A stretch of DNA of 64,000 nucleotides, from positions 42,907 to 106,906 of the forward strand of contig CALULA010000004.1 in assembly GCA_944321365.1 (NCBI GenBank). The letters are read 5' to 3'. The position numbers and the translations under genes are program-made. This DNA comes from an uncultured Paraprevotella sp. (GTDB lineage Bacteria > Bacteroidota > Bacteroidia > Bacteroidales > Bacteroidaceae). This document shows positions 1 through 8,532 of this stretch, piece after piece. The notes below the pieces were generated by a model. That model ran no database searches. It was given only the letters and a program-made list of their open reading frames with translations, and was not told the origin of the DNA. The number at the start of each line of letters is the position of its first letter. The stretch's first letter is position 1.

Positions 1-1452
1 TGCCTTGCTGTAGGTTTCTTTGCTGAACTCTACCGGACACTTGACAACTGCAACATCATATTTGTCTATCATGGCGCGGCGGTCGGTCACCTGGGCAATG
101 ACGCAGCCTTGTGAGAAATCTATTTTCTCGATGGCGTTGACAGGCATGTTGGTGACGGTCTTGATGTATTTCATGTTTTCTGCATCCATTGTCGTGCCTT
201 CGTAATTACGCGATGTGATCCACAGCTTTTCGCCGGTCTGATTGTATTTTTTTGCAATGGAGTCGAAAGGCGTGCCGTTGTTGAGTGCGGTCATGATGCT
301 GTCGGCGGTTTTCTTCGCTGCTTCCACGTCTGCTCCTGCCACTTGGATCTGTCGCAATTGGATGGAGTCCGGAGCGCTCACTTTGTTGAGCAGTTTGATG
401 ATGTTCATCGTGTTGTCTGCGGCATAGTAGTAGGGGGCTTTCATCTGTCCTGTCGTCATTGAATCCAGTTGTGATGCAATGTCGTGCGGGAAGATGTTTT
501 TGCTCACCGGCAGTTCGCTGTAGGCTATGACGGAACCGCTTTCGCGCACAATCTTTGCGATGTCGCCGCCTGCGGCCAGAGCCTGAGCCGTTTCGTTCAT
601 GTCTTTGTCCAATGCGGCTTTGTCGGCTGCGCTGGCTTTCACCTGGACGGTGATGTATTTGATGTCGCGGCTTTCTACCGTTTGCTTGAACCGCTCTTTC
701 ATTTCCTCATATTTGGCTTTCAGCTCGCTGTCATCCACTTTGATGTCTACGTCGTTGACGGTGCTGTAAGGCAGTGCGGCCATGTGTACGTTGTACTCAT
801 TGGTACGGTCGTTAAAGGTTGCCGTGTTGCAGATCTTGTTGCTGATCAGTGCCTGACTGAGCAGGACCTGGTATTTTTGTGCCAGACATTCCTGCCGGAG
901 AGACTTTTCAATGAACAACCAGTAGCGGTAAAGTCCGTTTACATATTCCAGATATTCGTTCGGCATCTGTGACGCATTGTTCTGCATTTCCTTATGATCG
1001 GTCAGGAATTTGTCCAATACGGTGACGTCGAACCGTCCTGTCTTTTCGTTGCGGAACGGAGTCTGGGCCAGCAAAGGGTTGTTGCCCGCAACCACGATAG
1101 CCCGCAGTTCTGCGTCGGTTACGGTGAGGCCCAGTTTTTCTGCCTCGTGTTCGATCAGCTTGCTGTTGACATAAGTGTTCCACACTTGGTCGCGGAGCTG
1201 GGTCATCTGCGCGTCGTTCAGTGATGCGTTTCCGTTGGTGAATCGGATGATTTCAGCATATTCGTCCACCATATTCTGAAATTCGTGGACGGAAAGTTTC
1301 TTTCCGTAAATCTCTCCGACTTGTTGTCTGCTTTCGTTGGAGGCCGATTGTATGGATCGCATCGCTTCTTCTGCAATGAAAGCAAAAAGAGCCACGCCGA
1401 TTACGATGACCAATAACGGGCCTTTGGATCTGATTTTTTGTAATGTTGCCAT
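1..1452 (-). CDS. ppiD: SurA-N/PpiD-type periplasmic chaperone / peptidylprolyl isomerase (3'-truncated by window edge)
   Basis: Not in the ORF track because it has no stop in the window. Manual translation from ATG at 1452 gives MATLQKIRSKGPLLVIVIGVALFAFIAEE..., the typical Bacteroidales PpiD N-terminal anchor. Frame consistent at the points checked down to base 1. Confidence 0.85.
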   Translation of the reverse strand, partial: MATLQKIRSKGPLLVIVIGVALFAFIAEEAMRSIQSASNESRQQVGEIYGKKLSVHEFQNMVDEYAEIIRFTNGNASLNDAQMTQLRDQVWNTYVNSKLIEHEAEKLGLTVTDAELRAIVVAGNNPLLAQTPFRNEKTGRFDVTVLDKFLTDHKEMQNNASQMPNEYLEYVNGLYRYWLFIEKSLRQECLAQKYQVLLSQALISNKICNTATFNDRTNEYNVHMAALPYSTVNDVDIKVDDSELKAKYEEMKERFKQTVESRDIKYITVQVKASAADKAALDKDMNETAQALAAGGDIAKIVRESGSVIAYSELPVSKNIFPHDIASQLDSMTTGQMKAPYYYAADNTMNIIKLLNKVSAPDSIQLRQIQVAGADVEAAKKTADSIMTALNNGTPFDSIAKKYNQTGEKLWITSRNYEGTTMDAENMKYIKTVTNMPVNAIEKIDFSQGCVIAQVTDRRAMIDKYDVAVVKCPVEFSKETYSKA

Positions 1453-1555
1453 TGGTTTAGATGATTTATTTTTGATTATTTTCTTTGTCCGATTTAAGCG
1501 CACGAAGATACTAAAATATTCTCACATATCCGGCGTGTTGCGGAATAAAATTTAG

Positions 1556-2824
1556 TTATTCGATGATTTTCAACTTCACCAGTTCGATTTTCGTCGTTGT
1601 GCTTTTGAGAATCTTGAATTCAAAATGCCCGAAACGGATCACTTCATTGAGCTTGGGGAAGCTCTGATATTGGTGCAGAATGAGTCCGCTGACGGTGAGA
1701 TATTCCTCGGATTCCGGAAGGTGCAGTCCCAGAAGTTCGTTGGCTTTTTCTATTTCGAGGCGTCCGGACAGGACAAACTCGTTGCCGCTGAGTTGCTTGG
1801 CCACGTAGTTGGTGTTGTCGTGTTCGTCTTCTATGTCGCCGAATATCTCTTCTACCAGATCTTCCATGGTGACTAATCCGGCTGTTCCGCCGAATTCGTC
1901 TACTACAATGGCCAGTGATTTCTTCTGCTGCATGAACTTTTTCAGCAGCTTTTGTGCTGTCATGGTTTCCGGAACAATGGGAATTTCCTTGATGCATGAG
2001 GTCCAGTCGTCCGGATTGCGGAACATCTCTGAGGAGTGTATAAAGCCTACGATATGATCGATGTCCTCTCTGTAGACGATAATCTTGGAGTTTCCGCTCT
2101 CGATGAAGCGGTTTTTCAGGTTTTCTATAGACGAATTGATTTCCACGGCTTCTATTTCAGTGCGTGGCACCATGCAGTCTCTCACTTTGATTTCTGAGAA
2201 ATAGAGAGCATTTTGGAATATCTTTATCTCATCGGTAACGTCTTGATTGTCTTCTGTCGATTCGATACTGGACTGGATCAGGTTGTCCAAGTCTATTTTG
2301 GTGAAGGCATGTTCGGAAGCATTCTTGTTCACCTTGACGCCTGCTATTCGTAACAGGCCTCTGGACAATGCACTGGTAAGTTTGGAGATGGGGTAGAGAA
2401 GTACATAGAAGAGGAAGGCCGGGACGGCAAAGATTTCCATCATCCTGTTGGGATTGATCTTGAAGAGCGTCTTGGGCAGGAACTCTCCCGTGACCAGTAC
2501 GATAAGAGTAGCTATGACGGTTTGGAGCAAGATTCGTATGGTCTCGTTGCCTGTCCAATGCAGGGGCGTAAGGACAAACTGGTCGATGATGTGGGCCATG
2601 AGAAGGCCGTAGACGACCAATGCGATGTTATATCCTACCAGCATGGTGGAGATGAAGTCATTGGGACGGCCATAGAAGATGTTCAGTATTCTTGAGGTTA
2701 CGCTGGTTTTGTTGCGGTCCAGTTCCACGCGCAGTTTGTCGGAGGCGACAAATGCGATTTCCATGCCTGAGAAGAATGCGGAGAACAGCAGGATGGCGAT
2801 GATGTTTATGAACGGCTGCGTCAT
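1556..2824 (-). CDS. CNNM/DUF21-CBS-CorC family (hemolysin-family/TlyC-like) membrane protein
   Basis: FSAFFSGMEIAFV (DUF21), GEFLPK, CBS pair ending VVDEFGGTAGLVTMEDLVEEIFGDIEDEHD, C-terminal CorC domain. Confidence 0.93.
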   Translation of the reverse strand: MTQPFINIIAILLFSAFFSGMEIAFVASDKLRVELDRNKTSVTSRILNIFYGRPNDFISTMLVGYNIALVVYGLLMAHIIDQFVLTPLHWTGNETIRILLQTVIATLIVLVTGEFLPKTLFKINPNRMMEIFAVPAFLFYVLLYPISKLTSALSRGLLRIAGVKVNKNASEHAFTKIDLDNLIQSSIESTEDNQDVTDEIKIFQNALYFSEIKVRDCMVPRTEIEAVEINSSIENLKNRFIESGNSKIIVYREDIDHIVGFIHSSEMFRNPDDWTSCIKEIPIVPETMTAQKLLKKFMQQKKSLAIVVDEFGGTAGLVTMEDLVEEIFGDIEDEHDNTNYVAKQLSGNEFVLSGRLEIEKANELLGLHLPESEEYLTVSGLILHQYQSFPKLNEVIRFGHFEFKILKSTTTKIELVKLKIIE

Positions 2825-3471
2825 GGCTGAATAGGTTTTGATGGTGCCGTACGGCTCACGGTGTCGTTGGCTGTTGTCGGACTGTCGTCCTTGAACGGCG
2901 TTTCGGCGTTGGCGTTAGTGACCGAATAGCGCGTCATTTGTTCATTGGACCGGAAGTTGTAGCCTTGCAGGAACTCATCAGGTTTGCGGATTGTCATGAA
3001 CTGCGTGGAATACATTTCATGGCGGTCCATGTCCCAGAAGAGTTCCTCGCTGGTGAAGACCGTGCCTTCCTGGTTGCGGATGACGACCCTTCCGCGCAGT
3101 TCCCAAAGTTTCTGGTTGTGGCAATATGCTGTGTCAGACTGTACGAACCAGTCGATGTGGAACGTAGAGTCGAATTTTTCCAGCAGGATGCCTTTTAGGA
3201 ATGTCCAGCGTGGCGGTTTGGTATTGTTGTAAATGTTCCATTCCTCTGCGATGATTTTGTAGCGGATGACACCGGAGTCGGATATGAATGTAGATACTCC
3301 CCATGATTGCATGAACGGGAAAGAGTCGTTTTCACTGACTGCCGGTGCGCGGTTGGTTTCCTCAGAACCGCAGGCCGAAATGCAACATAGTATGATGGCT
3401 GTCCATACAAAAACCGTTATGCGGGTGAGCCTTGCAAATGCTTCCGGAGGGCATTTGTGGTTTACTTGCAT
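2821..3471 (-). CDS. lptC: LPS export protein LptC
   Basis: N-terminal hydrophobic segment with SAC, beta-jellyroll pattern (SDTAY...LWELRGRVVI...SEELFWD). Start placed at the ATG overlapping the upstream stop (TAATG at 3469-3473). Confidence 0.85.
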   Translation of the reverse strand: MQVNHKCPPEAFARLTRITVFVWTAIILCCISACGSEETNRAPAVSENDSFPFMQSWGVSTFISDSGVIRYKIIAEEWNIYNNTKPPRWTFLKGILLEKFDSTFHIDWFVQSDTAYCHNQKLWELRGRVVIRNQEGTVFTSEELFWDMDRHEMYSTQFMTIRKPDEFLQGYNFRSNEQMTRYSVTNANAETPFKDDSPTTANDTVSRTAPSKPIQP

Positions 3472-4778
3472 TATTGTATCCTCCTCTTCATAAACCATCT
3501 TTCGTTGAACGTAATCCCAACGCTCAGACGCAGGTAGTTCTCACTCATCAGGGATGAATTGCCCGGAGCTGACCGCAGCCACTGGAATGAGACGTTGACC
3601 ATGGAGCGGTTGCTGGCGTTGCGTGATACCGGCAGGCCCAGACCTGCCGAGACACCGAATTCCTTGGGCCCGTCCACTCCGTCTACTTTATAGTAAGATG
3701 TGGCGAACGAAGCTCCGAGGCGGTATTGGACACGGCGGAGATATTTGTTGCTGTATGCGTCAGGTTGCCATTCGCCGCCTACGGCGACCTTGGTGCGGTT
3801 GTGGTAATTTGTGTTCGTGCTGACGAACTGGTCATTGATGATTTGAGGAATATTGGCATTCCCCCAACGTTGGTGTGTTACGTCCAGCCCGACTTTCCAT
3901 TGTTCCTTATGCGCCCAGGCCAGTCCTGCGCCGAACGAAGTGGGCAGGTCGAAAGCTTTCTCTATAGTAGATTTGGCCGTGTCGCCGTTGGTCATGTAGT
4001 TGTAATAGTGCGCCGGTGAGTCGATGGTATGTCCAATGCCGTACGTTACACCGGGAGTCAGTATGTCGTCTTTCCCTATTTTTATAGGGTATTGCAGTCC
4101 GATGTCTATTTTATAGGTAGACAGGTCGGCCTGAATTTGACGGTGCAGTCCGTTGCTCGAACTGGTGGCGGTTCCGCCTTCATAGAAAGTCTGCGTGATG
4201 TCCTGACTGTAGCTTCCCCACAGATATCCGATGTTGGCTCCTATGGAAAGGTCGGCGAACGGGTTCCAGCCCAGTCCCACAAATACTTCATGCAGGCCGC
4301 CGTCTCCCGAATAAGTGCTGGTGTAACTCATGGCGGTTCCGCTGTTGAAGTGGTTTCCCAGATATGTGCTTTCCGAGAAATTATATCCGATGCTGGAGTA
4401 GGGGATGAAGCCGAGTGAGAATCCCAGTCCGGGGGCCAGCCGGAAACCGGCATGGATATAGTCCAAAGTCGTGTTGTGGGCATTCACACTGTTGTTTCCG
4501 CTTTTGAAGTTCGCGTTTTGCAGGGTGATGCCGACATCGAAGATAAAAGCCAGAGAGTCTATGGCAGAGTAGGACGCCGGGTTTTGCATGTTGATACGGT
4601 GCCCATTGCGGAATCCCAGGGCAACGCCGCTCATGGCCTTGTTGAAACCTTGCGACTGGTCGGACAGATTTCCCAGTCCGAAGCGGGAGTAGGGCGAGTT
4701 GGAGCCGTTTGTTTGGGCTGAAACATATAGTGTTGACAGGACCATCAACACGTAGATTATGAGTTTTCGACTATTCAT
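3471..4778 (-). CDS. Outer-membrane beta-barrel, FadL/long-chain fatty acid transport-like
   Basis: Signal peptide, NSPYSRFGLG and NPASY motifs, amphipathic beta-strands, ends GITFNERWFMKRRIQ. Confidence 0.8.
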   Translation of the reverse strand: MNSRKLIIYVLMVLSTLYVSAQTNGSNSPYSRFGLGNLSDQSQGFNKAMSGVALGFRNGHRINMQNPASYSAIDSLAFIFDVGITLQNANFKSGNNSVNAHNTTLDYIHAGFRLAPGLGFSLGFIPYSSIGYNFSESTYLGNHFNSGTAMSYTSTYSGDGGLHEVFVGLGWNPFADLSIGANIGYLWGSYSQDITQTFYEGGTATSSSNGLHRQIQADLSTYKIDIGLQYPIKIGKDDILTPGVTYGIGHTIDSPAHYYNYMTNGDTAKSTIEKAFDLPTSFGAGLAWAHKEQWKVGLDVTHQRWGNANIPQIINDQFVSTNTNYHNRTKVAVGGEWQPDAYSNKYLRRVQYRLGASFATSYYKVDGVDGPKEFGVSAGLGLPVSRNASNRSMVNVSFQWLRSAPGNSSLMSENYLRLSVGITFNERWFMKRRIQ

Positions 4779-5496
4779 TATTAAATGCTAATATGCGGTT
4801 CAGCCCTTTGGGCACTATATATTTGTCTGCAAATATGAGGTTTTTTATTTTACTATCAAAGTTAAAAATGTCACCGCCGGTTAAAAAAACCAAAAGCGAC
4901 GGGTATTTCTCCTGGAAATATTTGATACGTCCTTCAATCTCGAATTTCATACCTTGAATGACGCCGGTGCGGATGGAGGTTTCCGTGTCGTAGCCCAGCT
5001 CCGGCAGCGGGCCTTCGCTGTCGATAAGAGGAAGTTTGGCGGTGAAAGCCCGCAATCCTTTCAGACGCATCTGCAGTCCGGGCGAGATGCAGCCGCCTTT
5101 GTAGTGTCCCTCTTTGTTGATGAACTCGTAAGTCAGGCATGTTCCGGCATCTACGATCAGAATGTCCCTGCCCGGAAACTGCGTGTATGCTCCTACGGCT
5201 GCTGCCAGACGGTCGGCACCGAGCGTATCGGGCGTGCGGTAATCGTTGACGATGGGGATGGGGGTGGAGGAATTCAAGTAGAGCAGAGGGAAACGGAGCC
5301 GTTTCAGCTGGCGTTCTGCCTCGACAGTGATGCCGAAGACCGTGCCTACGATGCCCCGTTCGAACGGATATTTCTTGATGAACTCCGGAAGCCGGTCTAA
5401 TGTCTCGTTGGAAGTCTTTAGCTCTTCCACCGGAATATCGCCGTCGAAAGCCACTAATTTGGCCAAGGTATTTCCTATGTCGATAATCAGATTCAC
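4771..5496 (-). CDS. coaX: Type III pantothenate kinase
   Basis: IIDIGNT, TLGADR, VDAGTCLT, GGCISPG, LTGGD motifs. GTG start chosen downstream of the promoter at 5517-5524. Confidence 0.95.
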   Translation of the reverse strand: MNLIIDIGNTLAKLVAFDGDIPVEELKTSNETLDRLPEFIKKYPFERGIVGTVFGITVEAERQLKRLRFPLLYLNSSTPIPIVNDYRTPDTLGADRLAAAVGAYTQFPGRDILIVDAGTCLTYEFINKEGHYKGGCISPGLQMRLKGLRAFTAKLPLIDSEGPLPELGYDTETSIRTGVIQGMKFEIEGRIKYFQEKYPSLLVFLTGGDIFNFDSKIKNLIFADKYIVPKGLNRILAFNNE

Positions 5497-5516
5497 GTGT
5501 TCATGATTTGCGCCTG

Positions 5517-5626
5517 CAAAGTTAATCAAAAATCACCATGCGCGGAGATTTCTTTGTCAAAAAGATGCTCCGGGCGTTTTTTTCCTGTATCGTGAGTGGC
5601 GGAAAGTTGAAAAAAACTTAACTTTG
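5517..5626. promoter_or_regulatory. Divergent Bacteroidetes housekeeping promoters (-7 TAACTTTG on each strand)
   Basis: CAAAGTTA at 5517-5524 (minus, coaX operon) and TAACTTTG at 5619-5626 (plus, lnb operon). Confidence 0.8.
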
Positions 5627-5647
5627 CAAGGCAATTATCACGATGCG

Positions 5648-6835
5648 ATGAACAGATTGAGAATTGGTGCCGTATTCACCTTATTATATATATGCGGTTG
5701 GCTGAAAGCGATGTCTTTCGATGCTATGGAGGTCAGTTTGCTGACCTGTTCGCCGGGACCTGCGATATATGAGCTGTATGGCCATACGGCTATTCGTATG
5801 AATAATCCTTCTACGGGTGAGGATTGGGTATTCAACTATGGCATGTTCAGCTTCAACCGTCCGCATTTTGTCTGGCGTTTTGTGTGCGGAGAGTGCGATT
5901 ACCAGATCGGTGCCGTGCCGTTTGCCTACTTCGCAAGGGAATACGCGGAGCGAGGATCAGCCGTATATCAGCAGGACTTGAACCTGACACCGGAAGAAAA
6001 AGAGCGGCTGTGGAATCTGCTCTTGGAAAACATGCGCCCGGAGAACCGTGTATATCGCTATAACTTTCTTTATGACAACTGCACCACGCGGGCACGCGAC
6101 CGGATAGAAGAGGCCATAGCGGGTGTGGTGGTCTATCCTGAGCCGGACACGCTTCGCTCTTTCCGCGAGATTATTCATCAGTACACCCGCGACTATCCTT
6201 GGGCCGAGCTGGGTGATGATCTCTGTCTGGGTGCTGAGGCAGACCGTCCGGTCAGCGTGCGTGAGCAGATGTTTGCGCCCTTTTATCTGCTGCGTTATGC
6301 CGACGAGGCCGTGATTCGCGACAGTGCGGGCGGAGAACGCCCTCTGGTGTTGCGCAAGAGTGAGGTGGTTCTTGCGCAAGAACGTGCGGAGTCTTCCGCA
6401 AAGACTTTGTCACCCGCCTGGTGCGCCTGGCTGCTGTTGGCGGCAGTTGCGGTACTGACAGCGGTGGAACGCCGTCGCCGGTGCTGTTTCTGGTGGGCGG
6501 ATGCCCTCCTCATGGCGGCTACGGGGCTGGCGGGCATTGTGGTGACATTCCTGTTCTTCTTTTCCGTTCATCCCACAGTGGATTCCAACTGGCAGATTTG
6601 GGTGTTCAATCCGTTGCCTTTGCTGGCCATGCCGAGAGTCGTCTGGTGCGCAGTCCGGCGCAAAAAGACTTGCTATCATGCAGTGAACATGGCCGTTTTA
6701 ACTTCTTTTGTGATTTTTTCTATCTTTATACCGCAAGATTTTTGCGCGGTCGTTGTACCTTTGGCACTGGCTTTGTTGCTACGCTCATGTAGCTATTGGA
6801 TGAGCTATCGGAAAGAAAACAAAATAAAGGACTGA
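5648..6835 (+). CDS. lnb: DUF4105 protein / lipoprotein N-acyltransferase Lnb
   Basis: SLLTCSPG...YGHTAIR...FNYGMF...YDNCTTR (His/Cys catalytic motifs) plus C-terminal TM helices; position beside PafA-like gene and secA as in Bacteroides. Confidence 0.8.
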   Translation: MNRLRIGAVFTLLYICGWLKAMSFDAMEVSLLTCSPGPAIYELYGHTAIRMNNPSTGEDWVFNYGMFSFNRPHFVWRFVCGECDYQIGAVPFAYFAREYAERGSAVYQQDLNLTPEEKERLWNLLLENMRPENRVYRYNFLYDNCTTRARDRIEEAIAGVVVYPEPDTLRSFREIIHQYTRDYPWAELGDDLCLGAEADRPVSVREQMFAPFYLLRYADEAVIRDSAGGERPLVLRKSEVVLAQERAESSAKTLSPAWCAWLLLAAVAVLTAVERRRRCCFWWADALLMAATGLAGIVVTFLFFFSVHPTVDSNWQIWVFNPLPLLAMPRVVWCAVRRKKTCYHAVNMAVLTSFVIFSIFIPQDFCAVVVPLALALLLRSCSYWMSYRKENKIKD

Positions 6836-6840
6836 AGAAG

Positions 6841-8427
6841 ATGCACTATAAAGGCCATCGTTTCCTGACACCGCTGTTGCTGGTATTGGTTTGGGCGAAT
6901 GTGGAAGCCCAGACGGCGCAGCCCGTGCCCCGTCTGGTGGTCAATGTGATGGTCGACCAGTTGCGTACGGATTATCTGGAGGCTTTCTCTTCGCTCTTCG
7001 GGCCGGACGGCTTCAACCGCATGTTGCGTGAGGGCCGCACGTATGTGGATGCGTCCTATCCCTTTTCCAACATCGACCGTGCTTCGGCCGTAGCCAGCGT
7101 CATGACCGGCAGTGTGCCTTATGACAACGGCATCGTGGGAGAGCGGTGGATGGACAGGAAAACCCTGCGTCCGATGTTCTGTGTGGACGATGCTTCTTGT
7201 CAGGGATGGCTGACATCCGAAAAATATTCGCCCTCCACGCTGAATGTTTCAACGATTACCGACGAGTTGAAAGTGGCTACGAACGGTCGTGCCCTGGTCT
7301 ATGGCATAGCCCCCGAACCGGACGCCGCGATTCTGTCGGCCGGTCATGCTGCCGACGGGGCGTTCTGGATTGACAATGCATCCGGGCAGTGGAGCAGCAC
7401 TTCCTATTACGGAGAATATCCCAATTGGGCCTTGTCGTATGAGGCTTCCGAGCGTCTGGCCAGCCGGATTTCCGATCTCTCGTGGACGCCCATCAGCTCT
7501 ATTGTCGGCAATTTCAATTATTTCATTTCCCCTCAGGAGAGCAAACGTTTCCATCATAGCTTTACGGGCGACCAGCGTTTCCGCGAGTTCAAGACCAGTG
7601 CCTGTGTGAATGACGAGGTGAACCGCTTTGTGCGTCATTGCCTGAACAGTACGGAGTTGGGCACCGACCGTGTGACGGATTTCCTGTCAGTGACTTATTA
7701 TGCCGGAACGTTCTGCCACAAGCCAGTTGCGGAGTGCCCCGTGGAGTTGCAGGACACTTATGTGCGGCTCGACCTGAAGCTGGCAGAACTGTTTTCCATG
7801 TTGGAAAAGAAAGTCGGGGCGGGCAACTACCTCGTGGTATTGACCTCGACGGGCTATGCCGATAATGAGGTGGTGGATTTCTCCAAATACCGCATTCCGA
7901 CGGGAACATTCAGCATTACGCGGGCTTCGGCCTTGCTGAACATGTATCTGATGGCTGTCTACGGACAAGGGAAATACGTGGAGACAGAATTCGGTTCACA
8001 GCTGTTCCTGAACCAGAAACTCATAGAAGACAAGCAGCTTAATCTGAGCGACATATTGACCCGTTCGCAAGCCTTTCTGATTCAGATGGCCGGAGTGAAA
8101 GACGTCTACACGTCGGAACGTCTGGCACTTTCGGCTGCCATGCCGGATATTAGACGCTTGCGCAACAGTTTTAACCAGATGCGTTCGGGAGATATTTTCA
8201 TCGAAGTGTCTCCGGGATGGAAGATGGTGAACGAAGAAACCTACGAACAGACGCTGGAGAGAGCGTCCTACGTAGGCTTCCCGTTATTTTTCTTCGGTTG
8301 CAATGTGCGCCCTGAGACGGTCAAAGTTCCCGTAACGGTGGACTGCATTGCTCCTACGGTGGCGCGTTTCATGCGCATTCGCGCTCCCAATGCCTGTTCT
8401 TCGGCTCCGCTGTCGGCAGTACGTTGA
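6841..8427 (+). CDS. Alkaline phosphatase (PafA) family protein, catalytic residues degenerate
   Basis: Signal peptide, VMVDQLR, AAILSAGH and overall PafA layout; nucleophile and metal ligands not recognisable. Confidence 0.85.
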   Translation: MHYKGHRFLTPLLLVLVWANVEAQTAQPVPRLVVNVMVDQLRTDYLEAFSSLFGPDGFNRMLREGRTYVDASYPFSNIDRASAVASVMTGSVPYDNGIVGERWMDRKTLRPMFCVDDASCQGWLTSEKYSPSTLNVSTITDELKVATNGRALVYGIAPEPDAAILSAGHAADGAFWIDNASGQWSSTSYYGEYPNWALSYEASERLASRISDLSWTPISSIVGNFNYFISPQESKRFHHSFTGDQRFREFKTSACVNDEVNRFVRHCLNSTELGTDRVTDFLSVTYYAGTFCHKPVAECPVELQDTYVRLDLKLAELFSMLEKKVGAGNYLVVLTSTGYADNEVVDFSKYRIPTGTFSITRASALLNMYLMAVYGQGKYVETEFGSQLFLNQKLIEDKQLNLSDILTRSQAFLIQMAGVKDVYTSERLALSAAMPDIRRLRNSFNQMRSGDIFIEVSPGWKMVNEETYEQTLERASYVGFPLFFFGCNVRPETVKVPVTVDCIAPTVARFMRIRAPNACSSAPLSAVR

Positions 8428-8532
8428 CGGACGGTCATCCCCTTTTACTTATTCATTTGCGCTTCAGTGGTGCGTTCCATCGCCGGAGCGTGTTTTCCCC
8501 CTTTTGCATAAATAAAAACAAAACAACAGATT

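Noticed and set aside
1556-2824. Hemolysin as a virulence factor
   Set aside because: The motifs are CNNM/CorC-type (divalent cation homeostasis); the hemolysin label is an annotation convention.
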